Virus record (IMG/VR): IMGVR_UViG_3300025778_000070
Span: 1 to 26,445 of that record
Direction: 5' to 3' (one strand)
Length of the DNA: 26,445 nucleotides
Source: a virus
Taxonomy: Duplodnaviria > Caudoviricetes
Shown here one piece after another: positions 1-6,429 of the stretch. The notes beneath the pieces are model-generated. The model was not told the origin of the DNA and did no database searches. It saw only the letters and a list, made by a program, of their open reading frames with translations. The number at the start of each line of letters is the position of its first letter. The first letter of the stretch is position 1. The translations under genes and the position numbers were made by a program.

Positions 1-663
1 TCCATCTACAGACTGCCTACAAACACCTTCCCAGACTGTTGCATAGGCTTCTGGGTCTCTAGCCCTCAAAGCATCCTTTTCAAGCCTCAATGTCTCTGGA
101 AACCAAGGATTGTCAGACCAATTGATCTTGACTACTTGGGCATCTTGTGGAGGATGGAGGATAAACCTTTGATAGGTATTGTCAGACTCTAGCTCTGGGT
201 TAAAACTCACCCAAATCTCTGACTTTTCCTTCCTAATCGTAGGAATTAGCACATCCCAGCTTCTAGCACTGACGCTTTGTCCCTCCTCACACCAACAAAT
301 GTCAACACCCTCATAGGACTTGACGTTTGCTACGTTGTTCTTGAGGCCTACAAAGTTGATTTCAGTCCCATTCTTGCCTCTAATAGTCCTGTCAGTGATT
401 TCATAGAAGTCTATCAAGCCCATTGCCAGTATCTGGTCACTCAAGAGCTTATGGACTGAATCTTTGATGGATGTCTGAAACTCACGAGTACAAAGTATGC
501 GTAAAGGCTTGACAGCTCCTTGGATCAGCAATGCCCTAGCAATGCCCCATGACTTTGCTCCACCTCGACCGCCCCAGAGCACCTTATACCTCGATGGCTT
601 AAACAAGCACTCTAGTTTCTCAGGAAACTCAACCTTGTTGATTACCTCTTGGATGCTACTCAT
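1..663 (-). CDS. terL: Terminase large subunit, PBSX/Terminase_3 type (N-terminal ATPase part; runs off the left edge)
   Basis: Not in the ORF track; translated by hand from ATG at 663, overlapping the terS stop: MSSIQEVINKVEFPEKLECLFKPSRYKVLWGGRGGAKSW...ILCTREFQTSIKDSV...KSYEGVDICWCEEGQ...LIPTIRKEKSEIWVSFNP. Walker A (GGRGGAKS), Walker B (ICWCEE) and coupling motif (SFNP) are present. Confidence 0.95.
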   Translation of the reverse strand, partial: MSSIQEVINKVEFPEKLECLFKPSRYKVLWGGRGGAKSWGIARALLIQGAVKPLRILCTREFQTSIKDSVHKLLSDQILAMGLIDFYEITDRTIRGKNGTEINFVGLKNNVANVKSYEGVDICWCEEGQSVSARSWDVLIPTIRKEKSEIWVSFNPELESDNTYQRFILHPPQDAQVVKINWSDNPWFPETLRLEKDALRARDPEAYATVWEGVCRQSVDG

Positions 664-1045
664 CTGCCTTGACAAATGTGACTTGGATAGATGGAATCAA
701 TGGTGTGCCATTCTCACCTGTAATCTCTTGCTTGACACTCTCACGATACTTCTTGGGAAAGCGTGCCGCCATACTCCTCGACCATATCGAGGCATTCAAC
801 TTTGCACCATCCTTGTGCTCCAACATGTATGCCTGAGCTTGATCTTCCCACCAATGTAACTCTTTAGCTTTAGCTTCTTCCAAGGCTTGCATAAATTCTG
901 GGTAAGTATCACGCCATAAGTAAATAGTTCTAAGCGCAAACCCTAACATTCCTGCAATTTGCTCTGTACTTTTGCCCAGAGCACCCAACTCTACAACCTT
1001 ATCGCAAAAGGCTGGGTCATAGTCAGTTGGTCTACCTGCTGTCAT
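656..1045 (-). CDS. terS: Terminase small subunit
   Basis: N-terminal GRPTDY plus HTH-like segment, C-terminal EITGENG.P; directly upstream of and overlapping terL. Confidence 0.85.
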   Translation of the reverse strand: MTAGRPTDYDPAFCDKVVELGALGKSTEQIAGMLGFALRTIYLWRDTYPEFMQALEEAKAKELHWWEDQAQAYMLEHKDGAKLNASIWSRSMAARFPKKYRESVKQEITGENGTPLIPSIQVTFVKADE

Positions 1046-1197
1046 TGTGGTTCTTCAGTTGGTTGTGGAGGTTTAGGAGCTTGTGCTTGGGCTTCTGCAA
1101 CCATTTTGTTCAATAGAGTTTGCATGTCCCTGATCTTGTGCTCTAGGCTTGCAATGATCAAATTTAGTTCTTGGGTTTCATGTGTAAATTTAAACAT
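1042..1197 (-). CDS. Hypothetical 51-aa coiled-coil protein
   Basis: Hand-translated MFKFTHETQELNLIIASLEHKIRDMQTLLNKMVAEAQAQAPKPPQPTEEPQ; ATGA overlap with terS, abuts the upstream gene. Confidence 0.7.
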   Translation of the reverse strand: MFKFTHETQELNLIIASLEHKIRDMQTLLNKMVAEAQAQAPKPPQPTEEPQ

Positions 1198-1341
1198 TTA
1201 CTTTTTTTCCTTTTTCTTTTGTGCTTCACGTTTTTCTGAGTATGCAATCGCCACAGCCTGTTTTACAGGTTTGCCAGCTTTGACCTCAGTTGCTATGTTT
1301 TTCTTGAATGCTTCTGGTTTGGTTGATTTGATTAATGGCAT
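1198..1341 (-). CDS. Small basic phage protein (47 aa)
   Basis: Hand-translated [47 protein letters not shown]; fills the gap exactly with TAA-ATG junctions on both sides. Confidence 0.75.
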   Translation of the reverse strand: MPLIKSTKPEAFKKNIATEVKAGKPVKQAVAIAYSEKREAQKKKEKK

Positions 1342-1614
1342 TTAACAGTTCCAATTCTTTAATGATGCTTTGGCTCGTTCTGCTGGTCCTTTTGCATTCT
1401 TGACCACTCCTTCCATCCTTGCACAGAAACTTGCTTTTCTACCCTCATCCTTTTTAGTCTTTGGGTTTGGAGCTGGTGCTTTAAGATGTGATCCATTCTT
1501 GGCATTGTATTCAGCTCTGCCTTTAGCAGTCATGCCAGCACCAGATTCAGTAGAGTTGTAGGTCTTGCCTTTGCCTACAGTCTTGTGCTCTATGGGCTTA
1601 TCATGCTTCTTCAT
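1342..1614 (-). CDS. Small basic phage protein (DUF6321-like, from memory)
   Basis: GMTAKGRAEYN...LKAPAP...RKASFCARM...SLKNWNC pattern typical of a conserved small phage family; operonic packing. Confidence 0.75.
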   Translation of the reverse strand: MKKHDKPIEHKTVGKGKTYNSTESGAGMTAKGRAEYNAKNGSHLKAPAPNPKTKKDEGRKASFCARMEGVVKNAKGPAERAKASLKNWNC

Positions 1615-1766
1615 TTTTTGGCAGTCTTAGCTGATTGTTTAAAAGCCTGAGCAGTAGGAGCACCCTTAGACCCTACCTTACGCATTTTTTCTACAGGCTT
1701 ACCCTCAGCCTTTTCTTCTTTTATACGTTTTTGTTTTGCATGAATGTTATCGTATAGTCCAACCAT
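1611..1766 (-). CDS. Small Lys-rich phage protein (51 aa)
   Basis: Hand-translated MVGLYDNIHAKQKRIKEEKAEGKPVEKMRKVGSKGAPTAQAFKQSAKTAKK; ATGA overlap downstream, abuts the GroES stop. Confidence 0.75.
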   Translation of the reverse strand: MVGLYDNIHAKQKRIKEEKAEGKPVEKMRKVGSKGAPTAQAFKQSAKTAKK

Positions 1767-2024
1767 TTAAACCTCCATTACTGCACAAATGTCTGCTTCT
1801 TGTATGATCTGGTAGTCCTGACCATCAATCTTTTGTGTAGGCCAGTCTAAGTAGTCTCCATTGCCATATTTGATGAGATCACCAACTTGGCATTGGTCAA
1901 CATCTGGACCTATTGCAACAATCACACCCTCGTTAAAGGGTTCTTTGTTATCAATGTAAATAATATCAGAAATGTTTCTGACGTGTGGCTTGACCACAAC
2001 ACGATCAAACAGAGGTTTTAGCAT
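1767..2024 (-). CDS. groES: GroES/Cpn10-like co-chaperonin
   Basis: MLKPLFDRVVVK...GVIVAIGPD...VGD.I.YG...IDGQDYQIIQEADICAV matches the Cpn10 pattern. Start moved to ATG 2024 (GGAG-type RBS upstream). Confidence 0.85.
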   Translation of the reverse strand: MLKPLFDRVVVKPHVRNISDIIYIDNKEPFNEGVIVAIGPDVDQCQVGDLIKYGNGDYLDWPTQKIDGQDYQIIQEADICAVMEV

Positions 2025-2265
2025 TTGGCCTTCTCCCTCTTTTTGGACTCGCAACTACTGGTAATTCAATCAGTTTGCGACTCATGGTAGAAAAAACACC
2101 TGAATCACATGACTCAGGTGAAGTCTTGGCAACTGCCTCCAAGCTCTTTGCAAATTCTCCACACCATTCATTTTCATGTCTGTTTTGGTAAGTAGGAAAT
2201 CTTCTACAACTACCTAAATTACTGCCCATGAAATAAACGCATGTCTTACAATTGTTTTCAGCCAT
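2005..2265 (-). CDS. Small Cys-rich (CxxC...C...C) putative metal-binding protein
   Basis: CKTCVYF...GSCRRFP...EWCGEF; ATG 2265 is preceded by GAGAGG. Confidence 0.65.
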   Translation of the reverse strand: MAENNCKTCVYFMGSNLGSCRRFPTYQNRHENEWCGEFAKSLEAVAKTSPESCDSGVFSTMSRKLIELPVVASPKRGRRPNAKTSV

Positions 2266-2290
2266 CGAGTGCCCTCTCACTTGTTGGTTA

Positions 2291-2334
2291 GAAAGCCCTT
2301 TAGTCCTACATGACTTTAGGGCTTTCGATTTTTA
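2291..2334. terminator. Intergenic stem-loop, possible bidirectional terminator or attenuator
   Basis: GAAAGCCCT(2291-2299)...AGTC-ctacat-GACT...AGGGCTTTC(2318-2326); short T-tracts follow on both strands. Confidence 0.5.
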
Positions 2335-2667
2335 CATGTCCTGAACGTGAGGTATACGTTTGTGTTCGTAAACAGTAGCTTCTGATGTGCCACCCTTCAT
2401 TTCACCCAAACGCCCATCGTGATGACCCATGTGGCTTGCTTCACGCTCACCAATGCCATCAGCCTTACCCATGCCAACTCCACCCATGATAGGCCTTTTA
2501 CGCTCTCCTGAGGTATCAGAAGACAATGCACCCTTGGGAGCTTTTTCACCTGACATGCCAGTCTTAAAGGTCTCAGTATCCTCTTTAGGAACTCTGACCT
2601 TTTTCATGCCAGTCATGTCACTTGATGTAACACCCTTTGGCTCTTTTTCCATTTTTGGATAACCCAT
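2332..2667 (-). CDS. Hypothetical Gly/Lys/Met-rich, probably disordered protein
   Basis: 111-aa ORF with AAGGA RBS, in operon orientation. Confidence 0.7.
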   Translation of the reverse strand: MGYPKMEKEPKGVTSSDMTGMKKVRVPKEDTETFKTGMSGEKAPKGALSSDTSGERKRPIMGGVGMGKADGIGEREASHMGHHDGRLGEMKGGTSEATVYEHKRIPHVQDM

Positions 2668-2686
2668 TTTTAAATCCTTGCAAGGT

Positions 2687-3016
2687 TTATGGTATGTATA
2701 CAGCCTTCATTACCCTTTGAGGCTTACCACTTCTACCATTTCTTCTGTCTCCAGTGTCAATGATGAGCTTCTTCCTCAATAGGGCTTGATACCTAGCTGT
2801 AACACTACTATAGGGCAAATGATTCAGTTCTGCAAGCACTTCATCAGAAATACATCCATCTGGATGGCTTCTAATGACCTCCCAGACGATTTTTTCTAGG
2901 CTTTTGGTATCTACAGACACAGATGCCTCTTTTGACGTGTCTATGGCATCCTTACGCACCAAGAACTTGGGAATTGTGCCAAAAGCAGGCAAGCCCATCA
3001 TATTGAATAAGTCCAT
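2687..3016 (-). CDS. Winged-helix DNA-binding protein
   Basis: DTSKEA...IVWEVIRSHPDGCISDEV...YSSVTARYQALLRKKLIIDTGDRR.GRSGKPQRV is a wHTH pattern; GAGG RBS. Confidence 0.7.
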   Translation of the reverse strand: MDLFNMMGLPAFGTIPKFLVRKDAIDTSKEASVSVDTKSLEKIVWEVIRSHPDGCISDEVLAELNHLPYSSVTARYQALLRKKLIIDTGDRRNGRSGKPQRVMKAVYIP

Positions 3017-3024
3017 GTTTCACC

Positions 3025-3288
3025 TCAAAAAGGAATATTGTCATCTTCAGGAATGTAGTTAGGCCTTGCTTGACGAGGCTTCTGAAAGTCATCTTGTGGC
3101 TTTGGATCATTGATGTAAGCCCATCCATCCCAGCCTCCCTCCTTGAGAGGTGTACAGTCCAATTTAAGCATTGGTCCATTCTTGGTTTCAATAACTGATC
3201 CAATTCTTGTGTACCTGTTCTTTTTCATGCCCTCAGCATTGGTGTAAGAACCTGTGATTACGCTAATCTCTTTTAATACTTTACTCAT
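3025..3288 (-). CDS. Small SSB-like protein
   Basis: Beta-rich body, acidic C-terminal tail EDDNIPF (SSB-type tip), adjacent to the exonuclease and ERF. Confidence 0.6.
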   Translation of the reverse strand: MSKVLKEISVITGSYTNAEGMKKNRYTRIGSVIETKNGPMLKLDCTPLKEGGWDGWAYINDPKPQDDFQKPRQARPNYIPEDDNIPF

Positions 3289-3896
3289 TGCATTTGCTCC
3301 AAAATTTTAACTTTTTGCTCAACTTCTTCTAAAAACTTAGTAACTTCTAGCTCTAACATCTTTCCATAAACGTTATCAAACTCCAACCTTTCTACAAAGA
3401 TTTGTAAATTTGGTGTAAATCTTGGATCAAAACTTACGAAATCACACCATTTTCTACCTGTACAAATCATTTGCCACATCATTTGTGGGACATACTTAGT
3501 AGGAATCTTTCTGGTAATCAGGGTATCGAGGTGTGTGGCACTGTTTGGGCACTTGATTTCCACGAGACCCTCAGAACCAACCAATCCATCTGGACTAGCA
3601 CCAGTCATTGCAATTGTTGGATGGTCAATAAAGCCTGTCTCATCCACAAATAGACCACGTTTAAGCTCATAAGCCTGACGTGCTAATGGTTCAGTAGCTG
3701 TTCCCCATTCCATTGCAGGGCTTGTATATGACTCTCCCTTGGTATTGGTAATCCTTTCCAATACAAGCTGAGTTGCATAGTTTTCTCTGCTTGCACTTGG
3801 ACCTGATTTAGTCTTAGCAATAATGTCTGCTACTCTGCTTGCTGTGGCTTTTCCAAGCCTTTGGGCAAACCATGTGGGTGTACCTTGTTCAATCAT
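3285..3896 (-). CDS. YqaJ/lambda-exonuclease family recombination nuclease
   Basis: W...RLGKATASR, MEWGTATEP.AR, GASPDG...EIKCP (PD-(D/E)xK), YVPQ..WQM; start at 3896 after AAGGAG. Confidence 0.93.
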   Translation of the reverse strand: MIEQGTPTWFAQRLGKATASRVADIIAKTKSGPSASRENYATQLVLERITNTKGESYTSPAMEWGTATEPLARQAYELKRGLFVDETGFIDHPTIAMTGASPDGLVGSEGLVEIKCPNSATHLDTLITRKIPTKYVPQMMWQMICTGRKWCDFVSFDPRFTPNLQIFVERLEFDNVYGKMLELEVTKFLEEVEQKVKILEQMQ

Positions 3897-3913
3897 GTGT
3901 TTTTCTCCTTTAG

Positions 3914-4030
3914 TCATGCTTGTCCCCTTGCTTTAATTGCTTTTTCAACCAAATAATGCACAAATGAATAAATAATAGAAAACAACATAAGTTGACCCAA
4001 AGTAATGGGTTGATTTAATATTTCGTTCAT
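3914..4030 (-). CDS. Hypothetical small membrane peptide (38 aa)
   Basis: MNEILNQPITLGQLMLFSIIYSFVHYLVEKAIKARGQA; ATGA coupling to the upstream gene. Confidence 0.5.
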   Translation of the reverse strand: MNEILNQPITLGQLMLFSIIYSFVHYLVEKAIKARGQA

Positions 4031-4278
4031 TCTTGTCTCTTTATAGCTAATGCAATTCGGGTACGTTCTTGATGAAGAATGTCTAATGTTTTTCTTTGTA
4101 TTGGCTCTCCTGTGCCTTGCATAACAATTTTGATACATTCCTCATGTTCTTTTTTTGCTATTAGTTTGGCAAATAGTTCTAACATTGAATGAGTAAAACC
4201 TATTGGCGAACCATGCTCTGCAAACAAAAAACCTGCTTGTTCAGCCATGTTTATGATTTCTTCTTTAGTCATTGTCAT
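4027..4278 (-). CDS. Hypothetical phage early protein
   Basis: MTKEEIINMAEQAGF...LELFAKLIAKKEHEEC, a common accessory early-gene pattern; start uncertain (4278 or 4272). Confidence 0.6.
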   Translation of the reverse strand: MTMTKEEIINMAEQAGFLFAEHGSPIGFTHSMLELFAKLIAKKEHEECIKIVMQGTGEPIQRKTLDILHQERTRIALAIKRQE

Positions 4279-4420
4279 TGCTTTCACATTTCTCACAACT
4301 TGGGTGATCTGGGTCTCTGCAATCTGGATGCTTTAACAGCTCCCTTCTGTACCTTTCCTCACTAGCCTCAACAGCACTCCAATAGTCTCTTTCATATTCG
4401 TAGTCACTCACTAAAGTCAT
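4265..4420 (-). CDS. Small His/Cys-cluster protein (51 aa)
   Basis: Hand-translated MTLVSDYEYERDYWSAVEASEERYRRELLKHPDCRDPDHPSCEKCESNDND; ATGA overlap with the ERF stop. Confidence 0.65.
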   Translation of the reverse strand: MTLVSDYEYERDYWSAVEASEERYRRELLKHPDCRDPDHPSCEKCESNDND

Positions 4421-4986
4421 TCTGTTACCCTACCTTTCATTTCATTCTTGACTGCAATTACTCTGTCTTGGTGTGCTTTGTCACTTTGGCAAGCCTGAAA
4501 TGCTATTCTGTAACTAGCAACTAATTGCTCTTGATTCTGTGCTTCTTTCATCTTCTCAATCAGTTTGTCTAGCTCCTTGACATTGACATGGCTCACAATC
4601 TTGGTCTCAACCTTTCTGCTTGCTTGGTTACCATCGTCATCTTCTGGTGCAATGCCACAGGATGCCATCAGGGAATATCTTCTTGCATACGTCAGAGCTG
4701 AAGCATACCCCTGTGGATCATGTTTCACAGCAGGAAAATGCAAAAGCCCACACTCCAACATCTCACCAGACTCATGGACAAATATGGTCTCCACAATCAC
4801 TCCATCAGCACACTCAAATGTCTTTTGTAGTAAGAAGATGCCATTGTCATTTAAAGCATCTATAACAGCTTCCACACATCCAGCTAGGTCAACGTACCTA
4901 GATTTGAAATGAGGGTTTATGGACTGCTTTAAGGCAGGATTAAAGGCCTTTTGAGCTTTGACTAAGGCAGTTGCGATGTTTTTCAT
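4417..4986 (-). CDS. erf: ERF-family single-strand annealing protein
   Basis: ALVKAQ...NPHFKSRYVDL...PQGYASALTYARRYSL...GIAPEDDDG motifs. Confidence 0.93.
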   Translation of the reverse strand: MKNIATALVKAQKAFNPALKQSINPHFKSRYVDLAGCVEAVIDALNDNGIFLLQKTFECADGVIVETIFVHESGEMLECGLLHFPAVKHDPQGYASALTYARRYSLMASCGIAPEDDDGNQASRKVETKIVSHVNVKELDKLIEKMKEAQNQEQLVASYRIAFQACQSDKAHQDRVIAVKNEMKGRVTE

Positions 4987-5186
4987 AGTTTGTCCATTTC
5001 TTCATAAATATTGAGTTCAGTTACAACCATATTGACCACATCGTAAGGCTTGACATATAAGTAATTAGAAACTGCAACCATTGTTTCAATCAATGCGTTT
5101 AATGTTGTGCCCATATCTTGACCAATAAATAAAGACATAATCTCGTCATGGAGTTGGTCAGTTGTTTTTTGTTTTACTTTTTTCAT
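4983..5186 (-). CDS. Hypothetical protein
   Basis: 67-aa ORF with ATGA overlaps on both sides. Confidence 0.65.
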   Translation of the reverse strand: MKKVKQKTTDQLHDEIMSLFIGQDMGTTLNALIETMVAVSNYLYVKPYDVVNMVVTELNIYEEMDKL

Positions 5187-5371
5187 TCTCTCTCTCCTAA
5201 TAATTCTTTTTCTAACCTTTGGATTTCTTCACGTTGAATGTTAATCATCTCGCAAAGTTCCTCAATCTGGCTTTTTAAGTAGCCTAGCTGAAAGTTCAAC
5301 TTGTTGACTGGGTCATTAACATAGGCTTGTGTTGCTTCTTCAGACTGTCTAATGATTTTGGAGGCATCCAT
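5183..5371 (-). CDS. Hypothetical coiled-coil protein
   Basis: MDASKII...; GGAG RBS before ATG 5371 (the ORF track extends it to 5431). Confidence 0.6.
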   Translation of the reverse strand: MDASKIIRQSEEATQAYVNDPVNKLNFQLGYLKSQIEELCEMINIQREEIQRLEKELLGERE

Positions 5372-5434
5372 TATGGTCTCCAAATAAACATATCTAACAA
5401 AATAACGATCACTGCGATTAGGTATACGCATAAT

Positions 5435-5638
5435 TCAGTCCTTGTAAACATCTTGGGAAGTGGTTTCTCGATGCAAGCCCCATACTCCATAGTATTGTGA
5501 AAGGCCTCGTTCAATGTTCTGTGATATTTTTCCATTCAGGTCTCCTGTTACTGTCAATGCTTGATTAATGATGTGATTAGGATAGGGAACGCCAACTCTA
5601 ACTTGGTCTAGTATCAAGTTGGCTTGTTCTTTAATCAT
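5435..5638 (-). CDS. Hypothetical protein
   Basis: 67-aa ORF in the early operon. Confidence 0.55.
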   Translation of the reverse strand: MIKEQANLILDQVRVGVPYPNHIINQALTVTGDLNGKISQNIERGLSQYYGVWGLHRETTSQDVYKD

Positions 5639-5646
5639 AAGAATTA

Positions 5647-5850
5647 TTAATTTAAAAATGAGTTATCACTAATAGATTCAAGAATACTTATTAAAGCAAT
5701 GTATTCTCCATAGGCAACAATACGATCAAAATCTGTTCTATCTTTAATTTGATTTGTGCCATTAGTAGAAACAAATTTCCAAGTGTTTTCCATCTTAGTT
5801 ACTTGTATTTCTAACTCATTGCGTAGTGCTTGTTTACTAAATTTAATCAT
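5647..5850 (-). CDS. Hypothetical protein
   Basis: 67-aa ORF with AAGGAG RBS. Confidence 0.65.
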   Translation of the reverse strand: MIKFSKQALRNELEIQVTKMENTWKFVSTNGTNQIKDRTDFDRIVAYGEYIALISILESISDNSFLN

Positions 5851-5861
5851 TTCTAATCTCC

Positions 5862-6023
5862 TTAATTGTTGTTAGAAGATGAAAGAAACCAAACACCACG
5901 ATGACGAACATGGTAACGACCAGATTCATTACGAAATAAATCAATAGCTTCATTAAAATCTAAAGCTACACATTGACCTAAAAAGTCTCTGTCTCTATAA
6001 ACATCAAAATAATGTAATTTCAT
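5862..6023 (-). CDS. First gene of the leftward early operon, hypothetical (53 aa)
   Basis: Hand-translated MKLHYFDVYRDRDFLGQCVALDFNEAIDLFRNESGRYHVRHRGVWFLSSSNNN; follows the promoter and leader. Confidence 0.55.
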   Translation of the reverse strand: MKLHYFDVYRDRDFLGQCVALDFNEAIDLFRNESGRYHVRHRGVWFLSSSNNN

Positions 6024-6038
6024 TTTTGCTTCTTTCTT

Positions 6039-6066
6039 AAAAGACCCTTATGCAATGTGCTAGGGC
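6039..6066 (-). promoter_or_regulatory. Leader hairpin of the leftward transcript
   Basis: Minus strand GCCCT-A-GCA-cat-TGC-ATA-AGGGT followed by CTTTT, just downstream of the -10 box. Confidence 0.45.
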
Positions 6067-6074
6067 ATGTATGA

Positions 6075-6103
6075 ACTATAAGCGATCTAATATAGCAAAG
6101 CAA
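6075..6103 (-). promoter_or_regulatory. Leftward sigma70-type promoter (PL-like)
   Basis: TTGCTT (6103-6098), 17 bp spacer, TATAGT (6080-6075). Confidence 0.7.
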
Positions 6104-6152
6104 CAACAATATAATTGACCTTATAGTTTACTAGGTTATTATGTGGCTTATA
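6077..6152. promoter_or_regulatory. Three 16-bp quasi-palindromic operators, consensus TATAAG-N4-CTTATA
   Basis: TATAAGCGATCTAATA (6077-6092), TATAATTGACCTTATA (6110-6125), TATTATGTGGCTTATA (6137-6152); the outer two overlap the -10 boxes of the divergent promoters. Confidence 0.7.
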
Positions 6153-6154
6153 AT
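6127..6154 (+). promoter_or_regulatory. Rightward sigma70-type promoter (PR-like)
   Basis: TTTACT (6127-6132), 16 bp spacer, TATAAT (6149-6154); the predicted +1 falls on the A of the cro ATG (6161). Confidence 0.65.
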
Positions 6155-6160
6155 GTACAC

Positions 6161-6313
6161 ATGGACAAAAATAAATTTATTAAACTTGCTGGCTCACAAG
6201 TTGAGCTTGGGCGTATTCTAGGAATAAAGCAATCAGCTATTAGCCAATGGAAAACAGTACCCCAAGCAAGAATTTGGCAATTGAAAGTCTTAAAACCTGA
6301 ATGGTTTTTGTAA
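6161..6313 (+). CDS. cro: Cro-like HTH regulator (50 aa)
   Basis: Hand-translated MDKNKFIKLAGSQVELGRILGIKQSAISQWKTVPQARIWQLKVLKPEWFL; classic GSQ..L...LGI...AISQW..VP..R Cro HTH. Confidence 0.85.
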   Translation: MDKNKFIKLAGSQVELGRILGIKQSAISQWKTVPQARIWQLKVLKPEWFL

Positions 6314-6333
6314 ATTCAGGTTATACTTTATTT

Positions 6334-6401
6334 GGAACAAGGCTAGATGAGGACTGATCCCCTTATCGAAAAGAGACTACAGACCCCTCCTGCCTTTGTT
6401 T
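6334..6401 (+). ncRNA. Putative three-way-junction regulatory RNA (C4/CI-antisense-like)
   Basis: Outer stem AACAAGGC.AG/CTGCCTTTGTT, inner hairpins GATGAGG/CCTTATC and GAG/CTC with loop ACTACAGACCC; -10-like TATACT at 6322-6327. Confidence 0.55.
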
Positions 6402-6429
6402 TCTTCAGGGTCTGACTTTAGGGTCTGTA

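Noticed and set aside
2952-3203. Alternative-frame minus ORF over the SSB-like gene (likewise 26061-26381, 6505-6732, 9040-9228)
   Set aside because: Overlap stronger genes and have no motif or signal, unlike Rz1, which has a lipobox.
277-4912. Plus-strand ORFs in the track (277, 497, 959, 1370, 2429, 2874, 3471, 4565, 4620)
   Set aside because: Antisense shadows of well-supported minus-strand genes; no RBS or recognisable motifs.
6334-6401. tRNA gene
   Set aside because: Only two inner arms, no TTC T-loop, no 7-nt anticodon loop and no CCA end.
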